From the NCBI GenBank assembly GCA_013375475.1, contig JABXKD010000063.1, positions 1-22,088 of the forward strand: 22,088 nt of DNA, written 5' to 3'. Below the pieces are notes generated by a model. It did no database searches. It was not told the DNA's origin and saw nothing but the letters and a program-made list of their open reading frames with translations. A program made the position numbers and the translations under genes. Positions 1 through 9,687 of this stretch are shown one piece after another. The stretch's first letter is position 1. Every line of letters begins with the position of its first letter. The stretch is from Promethearchaeota archaeon. Its GTDB lineage: Archaea > Asgardarchaeota > Lokiarchaeia > Sigyniarchaeales > SOKP01.

Positions 1-2
1 AA

Positions 3-617
3 CTTCCAGAACCGAAAAAGATTCCTGGTGAACCCGATTTTGCTGCACTCTTTTCTATATCTGGTAAAACGGAAAGTTTATTCAGAGCTAAGGTGGAGTA
101 TCTTAAGCAAACCATAGAAAATTTGAAAAAACAAGGGATCAAAGTTCTTCTCGTAGATGTTGACGAGTTTAGCAAGTTATTTAGTTTAAGAGTTAGATGC
201 CACTTGGATTTGCCCGCAGTAATTCTGTCATTAGTAGAATATTCGGGCCTTACATGGTTTGGATCTTACGCTCCGACGCATAAACTCGAAAAACTAATTC
301 CGAAGGTGAACGATTTGTTTTTGAAATACGACGTCCCTCCATTTATCTACATGAAAATAATGAAGCACGCTCACTACGGCATTTTTCGGCCGATACTTCG
401 ATACAATAAATTCAAAGACGAGGATAAAATCCATAGTCTTCTCAACGAAATAGCCGAATTTTGTATCGCAGAAGGGTGTATTCCGTATAAAACGCCAATT
501 TGGATGACGGATAAGATGCGTGAAATTATAAATCCTGGGTGGTTAAACTTGTTTGAAAAAGTGAAAAAGTGTATCGATCCAAATAATATATTTAATCCCG
601 GAAGGTGGAACACGTAG
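3..617 (+). CDS. FAD-linked oxidoreductase (VAO/PCMH/GlcD family), C-terminal part; 5'-partial
   Basis: Frame is open from nt 3 (LPEPKKIPGEPDFAALFSISGKTESLFRAKVEYL...), so the track's GTG at 93 is not the start. Aligns by eye with the C-terminal ~200 aa of 2253..3728 (EYSGLTWFG, HYGIFRP, GCIPYKTP, DPNNIFNPGRWNT). Confidence 0.85.
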   Translation, partial: LPEPKKIPGEPDFAALFSISGKTESLFRAKVEYLKQTIENLKKQGIKVLLVDVDEFSKLFSLRVRCHLDLPAVILSLVEYSGLTWFGSYAPTHKLEKLIPKVNDLFLKYDVPPFIYMKIMKHAHYGIFRPILRYNKFKDEDKIHSLLNEIAEFCIAEGCIPYKTPIWMTDKMREIINPGWLNLFEKVKKCIDPNNIFNPGRWNT

Positions 618-692
618 AAATTTTAAGTGAGAAAGATAAAAAAGTACTTTTAAAAATTCTGTTAATTTATCAAACTAAAGATGATATATTAA

Positions 693-1724
693 ATGATAGA
701 AACAAATATAACTAAAATGTTTGGGATAAAACATCCTATATTTAGCGCACCTATGGGTCCCTTTTTTACCCGTGATTTAGCTCTTGCCGTCAGTGAGGCT
801 GGTGGCTTAGGAGTGTTATCAAACGTTAATATAGCAGGCACAAATCCCGTTGAAGAACATAAGGCAAGCCTAGAACATATGATCGAACATACTGATAAAC
901 CATTTGGTCTTAACATCCTTACTTCTCGGAATAATCCAGGAGTCAGACAAATGGTAAGATCATTACCAAGAATAGTCATGGCTAACGAGAAAATGCGAGA
1001 TCAGTGTAAATATTGGTTAACTTCAGCGGGTTCTTCAAAGATTCTTGCAGAATCTAAAAGCTTTCAGGAATTAAGAGAGAACTCAGATGTTAAGCACTTT
1101 CACGTTGCTCCTGCTGTTTGGTTGGCTGAAAAATGTGTAGCTGCAAACGTAGATGGGATAGTAGTCACAGGTACTGAAGGTGGAGGGCATCAATCATACG
1201 AAAGAGTTAGCACTCTTGTTTTGCTTCAGCAAATGAACGAGAGATTTCCTGATTTACCAAAAATTGCTTGCGGAGGTTTCGCTACAGGAGAGTCCTTAGC
1301 TGCAGCGCTTTCGTTAGGAGCTGGAGCAATAGCTATGGGATCGAGATTTATAGCTTCTAAACAGAGTGAATTTCACGAAAAATACAAAGCGTTAATTCCT
1401 CCTGGAACACCACAAGATACCGGACTTTATACTGGAACATTTGGTCCGATTCGCCTGTATAAAAACGAATACGCTTTATCCCATCCAGCACCGGGTAGTA
1501 AAGAAGAAATGATCGCGTATGAAAATTCAATTTCTCCTGAGCAAAGAGCAAAAGACATGGGTTCATATGACAGGGTATATAACGGAGATATTGAAACTGG
1601 TGCTGTTTTACTAGGTCAATCGATAGGAATTATTGATAGCATAGATGATATTAACGATATCATTGAAAGGATAATAAAGAAAGCTGAAACTGTTATCAGA
1701 AATAATGGTTCGCTTCTGAAATAA
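693..1724 (+). CDS. Nitronate monooxygenase / enoyl-ACP reductase FabK-like FMN-dependent oxidoreductase (NPD family)
   Basis: Family motifs HPIFSAPM, LALAVSEAGGLG, TDKPFGLN, GTEGGGH, IACGG, ALSLGAGAIAMGSRF, LLGQSIG. Confidence 0.88.
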   Translation: MIETNITKMFGIKHPIFSAPMGPFFTRDLALAVSEAGGLGVLSNVNIAGTNPVEEHKASLEHMIEHTDKPFGLNILTSRNNPGVRQMVRSLPRIVMANEKMRDQCKYWLTSAGSSKILAESKSFQELRENSDVKHFHVAPAVWLAEKCVAANVDGIVVTGTEGGGHQSYERVSTLVLLQQMNERFPDLPKIACGGFATGESLAAALSLGAGAIAMGSRFIASKQSEFHEKYKALIPPGTPQDTGLYTGTFGPIRLYKNEYALSHPAPGSKEEMIAYENSISPEQRAKDMGSYDRVYNGDIETGAVLLGQSIGIIDSIDDINDIIERIIKKAETVIRNNGSLLK

Positions 1725-1752
1725 AATTTTAAGTAAATTTACTATAACCAAA

Positions 1753-1767
1753 TTTTTAATTTTTTTT
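1753..1767 (+). terminator. Probable archaeal-type oligo-T terminator
   Basis: T5-AA-T8 tract about 30 nt after the stop at 1724. Confidence 0.35.
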
Positions 1768-1819
1768 AATTAAACGAATGATCGATTTGTTTTGAACAAA
1801 CAAATTTAAAAGAAAAATT

Positions 1820-2242
1820 ATGTTGAATATAGAATTCCCGGATGATTTAATTTCTTTATCACTGTACAATGTTTTCAATTCAAGGAAGAACGAGAGAAAA
1901 TTTAAAAAGCATGTAAAAGATTGGAATAAAAAAATAGTTCTACATATAGAACCGTTCTATCCCGTAACTGTAATCTTCGATGGTATGGATATAAAATTTG
2001 AAAGGAAAGAATACCCCAACCCAGATTTGAAAGTTAAAATTCATGTTAACACAATGCTAGATATCGCAAACGATAGATTAAATCCCTTTTATGCTATAGA
2101 AGAGGGGAAAATGGAAATTGAAGGTTTGGGAGAGGATAGCGAAAAGATAATGCGATTTTACAATATTTTTGTAGTATCGATGCAAATGGTCGCACAAGAG
2201 CCTAATGTGAACTATTACGAATTAAATAAGGATACGAGGTGA
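1820..2242 (+). CDS. SCP2 sterol/lipid-binding domain protein
   Basis: 140 aa. The segment PDLKVKIHVNTMLDIANDRLNPFYAIEEGKMEIEG matches the SCP2 C-terminal pattern (D.....  ..LNP..A...GK..I.G). Confidence 0.72.
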   Translation: MLNIEFPDDLISLSLYNVFNSRKNERKFKKHVKDWNKKIVLHIEPFYPVTVIFDGMDIKFERKEYPNPDLKVKIHVNTMLDIANDRLNPFYAIEEGKMEIEGLGEDSEKIMRFYNIFVVSMQMVAQEPNVNYYELNKDTR

Positions 2243-2252
2243 AATAGATCTA

Positions 2253-3728
2253 ATGACAACAACCAACCAACGGAATGTGTTTGAAAAGATATCAAAAGAT
2301 AATGTTTATTCAAAATTGGTTGAAATTTTTGGTAAGGATTATGTTACAGATAAGAAAGTTGACTTGTATCCTTATTCTCAGGATATGACTGAAAACAAAC
2401 CTCACATGCCAGACTTCGTTGTAATTCCTCAAAACAATGAACAGCTCGTTGAACTCATTAACTTTTGTAACGAATTTTCGATTCCAATAGTTCCTTATAC
2501 TACAGGAAATAATGTTGGAGGATTAACTATCCCTGATTACGGCGGGATTGTCGTCGATTTTGGAAAAAAAATGAACAAAATTTTACACATAGACGACAAC
2601 ATGATGTATGCGCTCCTAGAGCCCGGGGTTACTTTTGGTCAACTTAAAAAACACCTTGAAGAACATTATCCACATTTAAGGTATAGCTTCCCAAACGCAC
2701 CTCCTTACTCAGGAGTTGTTGGAAATGTTTTATTAAGCGGTATGACAAACTTAGCGGCAAAGATAGGCTCAATGGCAGATAGTATTAACGGTCTTGAAGT
2801 CATAACTGCTGATGGAAATGTAGCTCGAATCGGTTCCTGCTTCTATGGAAAGGATAAAGCAGAAGATGACAGCTGGTGGTGTAGATATCCAATGCCTGAC
2901 CTTTTAGGACTGTTTGTAAATTTCCAAGGCATGACGGGGTTAGTTACTAAGTGTGCCGTTCAATTGTGGCCTAAAGAACCGATTGAAAAGCCGCAACTTG
3001 TTGTGTTTTTTGGTTTAACGGATTTAGCGCCATTTTTAAGGGAGGTTGGAAGAGCAGATATCGTTAACGATGTCGCAGCTTTTTCAGTAGAAGTTGCTAA
3101 AATGGAAGTCGGGATACCAGAGCCTGTAAGATATCCTGAAGAACCTCCTTACACTGCGGTCGTGCCAATGTCTGCGAAAACCGAAAACCAAATGAACGCT
3201 AAGTTAGAAATCCTTAACGATATAATTGAAAAACTAAATAATGCTGGAACAAATATCCATGTAATTGATTATAAAGAATTTGCTAAATTGTTTAATTTGA
3301 AAGCTCTTAATATTTTCAATTTACCCTCCCAAATACTTTCCCTACACGAGTATAGTGGGCTAACCTGGTTTGGTGCGTATGCCCCATCTCATAAGTTTGA
3401 GGAACTCATTGAAAAAACCGACGAACTTTATAGGAAACACGGAGTTCCTCCATTCAATTATCTTAAGATCATGAAAGGAGGGCATTACGGCATATTTCGA
3501 CCTATATTTAGGTTTAAAAAATTCAAAGATCAAGATAAGATTGTTAAGTTGTTAGAAGAAATTGCTGATGTCTGTATAGACCTTGGGTGTATACCCTATA
3601 AAACTCCATCGTGGATAACTGCTAAGTTAAGAGAGAAAATTAATCCAGGTTGGATTGCTCTTTTTGAAAAAGTAAAACATTGTATGGATCCTAATAATAT
3701 ATTTAATCCAGGAAGGTGGAACACGTAA
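2253..3728 (+). CDS. FAD-binding oxidoreductase, VAO/PCMH/GlcD (FAD_binding_4 + FAD-oxidase_C) family
   Basis: PDFVVIP, IPIVPYTTGNNVGG, GGIVVDF, LLEPGVTFGQL, GLEVITADG, QGMTGLVTK and C-terminal DPNNIFNPGRW. Confidence 0.88.
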   Translation: MTTTNQRNVFEKISKDNVYSKLVEIFGKDYVTDKKVDLYPYSQDMTENKPHMPDFVVIPQNNEQLVELINFCNEFSIPIVPYTTGNNVGGLTIPDYGGIVVDFGKKMNKILHIDDNMMYALLEPGVTFGQLKKHLEEHYPHLRYSFPNAPPYSGVVGNVLLSGMTNLAAKIGSMADSINGLEVITADGNVARIGSCFYGKDKAEDDSWWCRYPMPDLLGLFVNFQGMTGLVTKCAVQLWPKEPIEKPQLVVFFGLTDLAPFLREVGRADIVNDVAAFSVEVAKMEVGIPEPVRYPEEPPYTAVVPMSAKTENQMNAKLEILNDIIEKLNNAGTNIHVIDYKEFAKLFNLKALNIFNLPSQILSLHEYSGLTWFGAYAPSHKFEELIEKTDELYRKHGVPPFNYLKIMKGGHYGIFRPIFRFKKFKDQDKIVKLLEEIADVCIDLGCIPYKTPSWITAKLREKINPGWIALFEKVKHCMDPNNIFNPGRWNT

Positions 3729-4907
3729 ATGGTTGAAATTGACGAAAGTTTAATTGGAAAAGATGTTTTAGAAATGGCATTTGATCGGTGTATCAAATGC
3801 AGCACATGTAAATATAGCTATAAAGACTTCGAAAAATCATGCCCCAGCGGAGAAAAATTCCTATTCGAATCATATTGGGCGTCAGGTCGAATCAGAATAA
3901 TTAGAGGAGTTTTAAACGGAGATCTGGAATGGACGGAGGATTTAATAGATCCAATATTTGCTTGTACAACTTGTGGGGCTTGTATGGACGCATGTCAAGC
4001 GCCTCACGCTGATTATATAGTTGAAATGATAGAAGCATTAAGGGAATTGGCAGTAAAAAACATCGGGTCAGCAGAGAACCAAAAATTTTTAGTTACTCGA
4101 TGCGAAGACAGTTGTAATCCTTACGGTGAGCCAAACTCAGATAACGCAGAGTTGATAAAAGAGTATAACTTACCGGATAAAGCCGAGTGGGTTTATTTTA
4201 TAGGATGTACTTCTAACTACCGCCAAAAAAGCTTAAGAGATTCTACTTTAAGGTTTTTGAAAAAAGTGGGTATCAATTTTACCTTAATCGACGAACACTG
4301 TTGTACGAGCCCTATGATTAGAACCGGGCAATTGAGCATAGTCGATGAATACATGAAATACAATGTTGAACAAATAAAAAAAACTGGCGCGACTAAAGTA
4401 ATCACCTCCTGCGCAGGATGTTATAAGACACTAACGAAAGATTTCGAGAGGTTTGGAAACGACTTAGAATTTGAAATCTACCATTCACTTGAGTTAGTGA
4501 GGAAACTTTTAGATGAGAAAAAGATAGAATTCAAATCTGAATACAATAAAACGGTTACATACCACGATCCATGCCATCTAGGAAGACATATGGGAATATA
4601 TGAATTACCAAGAGAGATTTACAAACAGATTCCGGGATTGAATTTGGTAGAGATGAAGAGAAATCGGAATTTTGCGTGGTGTTGCGGTGCTGGGGGCGGG
4701 GTGAAAATCGGATATCCTGATTGGGCTCTGGAGATCTCAAAAGAACGGCTTGATGAAGCTAAAGAAACGGGAGCAACGGTTATAACGTCAACTTGTCCTT
4801 TCTGTAAAACCAATTTAACTGACGCGACAAATGTTTACAATTTTGATTTTGAAGTGTTAGATTTGATGGAAATATTAGATAAAATTGACATAGAATTGCT
4901 AAACTAA
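3729..4907 (+). CDS. Fe-S oxidoreductase subunit, GlpC/GlcF/HdrD-like (2x[4Fe-4S] plus two CCG domains)
   Basis: CIKCSTC...CP and CTTCGACMDAC ferredoxin motifs, then YFIGC, EHCC, TSCAGC, YHDPCHLGR, CCGAGGG, TCPFC. ATG directly abuts the upstream TAA. Confidence 0.9.
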   Translation: MVEIDESLIGKDVLEMAFDRCIKCSTCKYSYKDFEKSCPSGEKFLFESYWASGRIRIIRGVLNGDLEWTEDLIDPIFACTTCGACMDACQAPHADYIVEMIEALRELAVKNIGSAENQKFLVTRCEDSCNPYGEPNSDNAELIKEYNLPDKAEWVYFIGCTSNYRQKSLRDSTLRFLKKVGINFTLIDEHCCTSPMIRTGQLSIVDEYMKYNVEQIKKTGATKVITSCAGCYKTLTKDFERFGNDLEFEIYHSLELVRKLLDEKKIEFKSEYNKTVTYHDPCHLGRHMGIYELPREIYKQIPGLNLVEMKRNRNFAWCCGAGGGVKIGYPDWALEISKERLDEAKETGATVITSTCPFCKTNLTDATNVYNFDFEVLDLMEILDKIDIELLN

Positions 4908-4928
4908 ATATGAGTAAGTGGATTACTA

Positions 4929-6086
4929 ATGAACTCTTCTCTTGAAAAAACACCAGCAACCATTTCACAAGAGTATGAAAGACGATATGATATCGATTGG
5001 CTCAGAATAATTGCCGTTTTTCTTGTTTTTATATACCATTGCTCGCGTTTTTTTGATTTTAATGAATGGCACGTCAAAAATGATGAATTAGATTTATTTA
5101 TGACTTTCTTTTTTAACTTTTTAGGAGGTATTGGCATGCCTTTGTTTTTTATAATTTCGGGGATGGCTACGTTCTACTTCTTGGGCTTTGCGAAGGCGGG
5201 ATTATATGTCAAAGCAAGATTTGTTCGTCTTATGATCCCTTTCTTATTTGCTATACTTACCCAAATTCCTATACAGGTCTTTCTTGATCGAGTAAGCCAT
5301 GCAGAGTTTACTGGTTCTTTTTTCGAATTTTACCCTCAATATTTTAATGGGTTATATGGTTATGGTGGAAATTTTCCGTGGACTGGTTTGCACTTATGGT
5401 TTTTAATTTTGCTTTTTATTTTTTCGCTTGTTACTGTAAAACTGTTTGTATACCTACGGAAAGATGAAAATCTTGAGAAACTCTCAAAAATGGCACTTTT
5501 TTTCAAGAAACCGGGATCACTTTACATATTAATTATTCCAATATTAATACTGGAGTTACTTAATCCACTCTCTATTCTTGGGAAGTTTGGAGGTTATAAT
5601 TTCTTTTCATTATTAGTTTTCTACATAATAGGGTTTCTATTAGCATCCAATAAACAATTCAAAGAATCTATTGAGAACCATAGGCTAATTGCTTTAATAG
5701 TAGGTATTATATCGACAGTATTATTACTTGTTGTAACATTATTTTTTGATTTATTTTTTGAAGACTTCTTATTTTGGATACTTGGTTTAACTTATGTGTG
5801 GAGCTGGCTAATTGTAATTTTAGGATTAGGCAGCAAATATCTTAATTTTAACCACAAATCAAGAAAGTTTCTAAACGATATTGTAATGCCGTTTTATGTT
5901 GTTCATCAAACTATAATAATAGTTATTGGATTTTTTATCGTTCAATTAGATTTCGCAATCGTTGCAAAGTACTTCACCATTATGTCTTTGTCTTTAATCA
6001 TCATAATTGGTTTAGTATACATTATTCGACAATTCAATATACTACGTTTTTTATTTGGCATGGGCTTAAAGAAGAAGAAACAATAA
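4929..6086 (+). CDS. Acyltransferase family 3 membrane protein (OpgC/MdoC-like)
   Basis: RRYDIDWLR..AVFLVFIYH, MPLFFIISG, RLMIP, HLWFL, PFYVVHQT; about ten hydrophobic segments. Confidence 0.88.
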   Translation: MNSSLEKTPATISQEYERRYDIDWLRIIAVFLVFIYHCSRFFDFNEWHVKNDELDLFMTFFFNFLGGIGMPLFFIISGMATFYFLGFAKAGLYVKARFVRLMIPFLFAILTQIPIQVFLDRVSHAEFTGSFFEFYPQYFNGLYGYGGNFPWTGLHLWFLILLFIFSLVTVKLFVYLRKDENLEKLSKMALFFKKPGSLYILIIPILILELLNPLSILGKFGGYNFFSLLVFYIIGFLLASNKQFKESIENHRLIALIVGIISTVLLLVVTLFFDLFFEDFLFWILGLTYVWSWLIVILGLGSKYLNFNHKSRKFLNDIVMPFYVVHQTIIIVIGFFIVQLDFAIVAKYFTIMSLSLIIIIGLVYIIRQFNILRFLFGMGLKKKKQ

Positions 6087-6116
6087 CAGGTATTCTAAAT
6101 GAAGTAAGTCATTAAA

Positions 6117-8249
6117 ATGAATAGACTTAACAAACTCGTTTCAATAAATTGGCGCAGGGTAGCAAGGTTACTAGTATATATATTTGGGATTGTAACCTTT
6201 TTCTTTTACTTTTGGTCGTTTATTGGGTTATTAATTGGGATCGTCTATTATCTATTCTCTAAAGATGTTGCTTGGAAAAGAAACGGAGTGCTTCTTTCCT
6301 ATTCGATTACATTCATTACTCTTTTAGTGTTTTACTACAAAGCGTTTTCTCCTCTTAATTTAGCGATATGGTCTGGATTAGGAATTTTTCTCTCTTTTTC
6401 GATACTCCTTTTAATAATAAGTATTCTAAAGAGAAAGACGGCGTTTGTTAGAAAATTTAATTCTCGAATTCTAGACCAAATTTATAGAATTCCTACAAAA
6501 CCAAAGTTAGCAATAAAATTAGCAACGGTTATCACACCCTTAATTTTGTGGTCAACTGTAAGTATTGATCTTGAAGTAATGTTTGATAACAATCCCCGCC
6601 TTCTTTGGGTTCACACCCAATCAAAAGTTAATTTAGGTGAAACATTTGAAATTAAAGTGGAAGCGTGGGATCAATTTGAACGTTTAAGCGCTATTTATAA
6701 GGGAACTGTTGAATTTTCCCTTTATTCTCTTAATATCAGCTCAGGTTCAGAAATCCTTAACCCGATCGCAGATTTACCCGCTCCATACACTTTCAATGGT
6801 CAATTTTTTGGTTCGGATATCGCTTATGAAATTAGGGACGGCAAAGATAACGGTATGCATAACTTTAAGATGAGTATTAACACTCCAGGAATCCACTATG
6901 TTTTAGTTAATGACTCGACAACATCGAATACTTATTATAGTAACCCAATAATAGTAAAGAATTACACTAACAATGAACAATTAATCGCTTGGGGAGACTT
7001 TCACGCTCACACGGAACTTTCTGATGGCACAGGGACTCCTGAACATTCATTATATTACGCTCGTTATGTTGCTGGTCTTGAATTCACTGCCTTAACCGAT
7101 CACGGAGAAATATTGATGTGGAACCCGGGATCTTTAGATCAGATTGAAAAAGCAACTAATTTTGCTTATGTTCCAAACGAGTTTGTTTCCTTTCAAGGAA
7201 TCGAATGGACTCAAGTAAAAACAGGGCATTATACCTGTATATTTAGCGGAGATGAACTACTGAAAGACCCTATATTGTCTTACACACTAGTTCCAACTAC
7301 TCAAGGTTTATGGGACGCTTTAAATGCTTTCACCGAACGCACAGGAGCAAGAGCTTTAGCCTTACCACATCATACTACCAAAAGAGCGTACATCCAAGAC
7401 TGGACATATATAAATCCTAAATATGTTAAAATAGCTGAAGTATCTTCTGTACACGGAGATTTTTTATTTGAGCAACGACATCCTTTAAATTATAGAGGAG
7501 CGATCGATACCCCTCCTTTGTACACTCACGGATCCTCAATCATGGATGCGTACAAGATGGGATATAAAATGACACTCTATAGTTCTGGAGATAATCACGA
7601 TGGACATCCAGGACACAGTATAAGTCATACGAGGGCATATATTGGCCATCAACGCCCTTATAGCATTTGGTTAACGAGAAACGAGCATCCTTACCCAGGA
7701 GGAATAACAGCAGCATTTGTAGATAACTTAACTCGAAATGGAGTTTTTACTGGTTTAGAAAACCAACAAATTTATGCTAATTCTGATCATGGAAGACCTA
7801 TTCTTTTATTTAACATAAATGGAACACAAGTAGGAGATGGTTCTACTCTTATTGTAAACAATCAAACTTCCCATAGAAAGATAAATATTTTTCTTGCCCA
7901 AGATGGAGCGCCAGTGGCTCAGAAATCGAAGGCAGCTTCCGTCTCAAAAAATTGGGTTCCCAATTGGGAAGGAGTGATTGAAATAATGAAGAATGGACTC
8001 CTATGGCAATCGATTGATATATCAGCTCCATTTGTTAATATTTCTGTAATAGATACTGATCCTATAGTAGGAGCTACTTTTGAACCTAATTGCGTCGAAA
8101 TAGATGGAAAATACTATATTAATAGTTATAGCGATAATCCAATTGATCCTAGTACATTAAATACGGGAGGGTTTGATTTTTACGTTATTAGAGTGGTTGG
8201 GGATAATGGTAGGACGACATGGGTAGGACCAATTTGGGTAGAATACTGA
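6117..8249 (+). CDS. Membrane-anchored DUF3604 / PHP-like metallohydrolase
   Basis: N-terminal hydrophobic helices, then a beta-rich region, then WGDFHAHTELSDG, FTALTDHG, GIEWT, LPHH, GDNHDGHPG and C-terminal YVIRV...WVGPIWV. Confidence 0.78.
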   Translation: MNRLNKLVSINWRRVARLLVYIFGIVTFFFYFWSFIGLLIGIVYYLFSKDVAWKRNGVLLSYSITFITLLVFYYKAFSPLNLAIWSGLGIFLSFSILLLIISILKRKTAFVRKFNSRILDQIYRIPTKPKLAIKLATVITPLILWSTVSIDLEVMFDNNPRLLWVHTQSKVNLGETFEIKVEAWDQFERLSAIYKGTVEFSLYSLNISSGSEILNPIADLPAPYTFNGQFFGSDIAYEIRDGKDNGMHNFKMSINTPGIHYVLVNDSTTSNTYYSNPIIVKNYTNNEQLIAWGDFHAHTELSDGTGTPEHSLYYARYVAGLEFTALTDHGEILMWNPGSLDQIEKATNFAYVPNEFVSFQGIEWTQVKTGHYTCIFSGDELLKDPILSYTLVPTTQGLWDALNAFTERTGARALALPHHTTKRAYIQDWTYINPKYVKIAEVSSVHGDFLFEQRHPLNYRGAIDTPPLYTHGSSIMDAYKMGYKMTLYSSGDNHDGHPGHSISHTRAYIGHQRPYSIWLTRNEHPYPGGITAAFVDNLTRNGVFTGLENQQIYANSDHGRPILLFNINGTQVGDGSTLIVNNQTSHRKINIFLAQDGAPVAQKSKAASVSKNWVPNWEGVIEIMKNGLLWQSIDISAPFVNISVIDTDPIVGATFEPNCVEIDGKYYINSYSDNPIDPSTLNTGGFDFYVIRVVGDNGRTTWVGPIWVEY

Positions 8250-8391
8250 AATACTTAAGAAAATGTATCTTTTAGAAAAACATCATCCTACATGAACATT
8301 TAAATCATATCGTGAAATATACATGCATAACAATTAATTTTGTTAAATTATTACTATATAAATTTATCAACAAATACGAGAATTGACAATT

Positions 8392-8895
8392 ATGGGAATG
8401 GGAAAAATTTTAAGTTTAATAGCTGGAATAATAACTATAGTTGCAACATATCTATTATCTTGGGTTTCTGTGACGCTACCTCCCACTTTTTATGCATATG
8501 GAATTGGTTTTATAAAAAACCTACCTGCTATGTTTACCGAAGCAGAAGCATTAGGAATATTATTGGGCGTCCCTGGTTTTGTTTTTTACATCATCGCAGG
8601 GATTGGAATTGTCTTCTTACTCTCTGGGATTTTTCAATTAATAGGGATGAAAAGTCGGGTAATAGGTTTGATTGGATCGATATTTGTGCTTCTGATGGGC
8701 ATAATGCTCCTCTTAGGTACGTTGAATATTGTGATTAATCTTGATTGGGTAACAAATATTTTCGGAGATTCTGCCCCAATTATCGATGGTATCATTCCAT
8801 ATGATTTACCTCTTGGTCCTGCGTCCCTTGGTTTATATGTTCTTATAGCTGGCGGCGCTTTAGGATTAATAGCAGGTATTATGGGCCCTGATTAA
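8392..8895 (+). CDS. Small multi-pass membrane protein of unknown function
   Basis: About four Gly-rich hydrophobic helices. ATG at 8392 is preferred over the track's TTG at 8383; TATATAAA lies ~30 nt upstream. Confidence 0.75.
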   Translation: MGMGKILSLIAGIITIVATYLLSWVSVTLPPTFYAYGIGFIKNLPAMFTEAEALGILLGVPGFVFYIIAGIGIVFLLSGIFQLIGMKSRVIGLIGSIFVLLMGIMLLLGTLNIVINLDWVTNIFGDSAPIIDGIIPYDLPLGPASLGLYVLIAGGALGLIAGIMGPD

Positions 8896-8910
8896 AATAA
8901 TTTTCTACAC

Positions 8911-8925
8911 TTTTTTTTTATTTTT
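8911..8925 (+). terminator. Oligo-T terminator
   Basis: T9-A-T5 tract 16 nt after the stop at 8895. Confidence 0.5.
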
Positions 8926-8954
8926 AAATAATCGCGTATTTCAATAATCGTTCT

Positions 8955-9575
8955 CTAATTTAAACATGCAGTCATATAAATGATCATTACTCCAATCATA
9001 TATAATCCTCGCTTTCTTGATTTCTTATCCGTTCTAAAGAGCCAGATTAGTCCTATCACAACCAAAGTTGATAGAGCTATAAGTGTACCCATTTCTGTCA
9101 TATTTCTTCTAGATGGAATAAGAGGGTCCCCAATAGAAATAGTGGCAAAGTTATAACCTAAACCATATAGAATTACATAGGGTATTACATCTCTACAAAC
9201 TAACCATATAATGAAAATAATTCCCCACTTTTTTCGCGTTTCTGAGTTTCTTAGCCTATCAGCGAAAAATAGAGCGATAATTGCTACTATTACGACATCT
9301 GCCACGGCCATTAGGGGGATTGTTAGCCAGTGCATGGAAGTGACATTTATCCCGAATAAATATTTTTCCTGCATCACGCGCCCTCCAAATAAAAATAACA
9401 TTATTTCAGATCCAATGTACAACAGTGTCCCAAATATTAATACCCAGAAATAATCTTTTCTTTTATTCTTCTTTCAATCATAAAAGCAAAGGATAAGTCC
9501 AAAAACAACATAGAGGAGTTTAATCGTAAATTCCCATCCAAAGAAACCACCTCGTATAATATAGATATCTGCCAT
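8955..9575 (-). pseudogene. Membrane protein gene with an in-frame TGA and a probably displaced C-terminus
   Basis: ATG at 9575 reads MADIYIIRGGFFGWEFTIKLLYVVFGLILCFYD*KKNKRKDYFWVLIFGTLLYIGSE..., in frame with track ORF 8955..9422. The single TGA is at 9474-9476. Confidence 0.7.
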
Positions 9576-9616
9576 ATTCTCACATTTTTAGTACTATTTT
9601 TAATAATAAATCTATT

Positions 9617-9635
9617 GTCTAAATCTTATTTAGAC
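9617..9635. promoter_or_regulatory. Perfect palindrome GTCTAAAT-N3-ATTTAGAC, candidate transcription-factor site
   Basis: 8-bp inverted repeat just upstream of a TATA-like TTTATTAT (- strand, ~9603-9610) that precedes the ATG at 9575. Confidence 0.5.
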
Positions 9636-9687
9636 TTATTTCATCAAAATCTTAAAAAAAAACAATGATCCCCGCCCTTGTTATATC

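Noticed and set aside
550-3728. Similar DNA at ~550-617 and ~3660-3728 as a mobile-element direct repeat
   Set aside because: Explained by the conserved 3' ends of the two paralogous flavoproteins, with differences mostly at third codon positions. No transposase or terminal inverted repeats.
374-5137. Short antisense ORFs in the track (374..613, 689..979, 1357..1566, 3596..3805, 4217..4405, 4555..4740, 4619..4813, 4780..4968, 4904..5137)
   Set aside because: Shadows of well-supported + strand genes, with no motifs.
9474-9476. Selenocysteine at the in-frame TGA
   Set aside because: Not in a redox or Cys-type motif, context fits Trp, the gene is otherwise damaged, and I recognised no SECIS.
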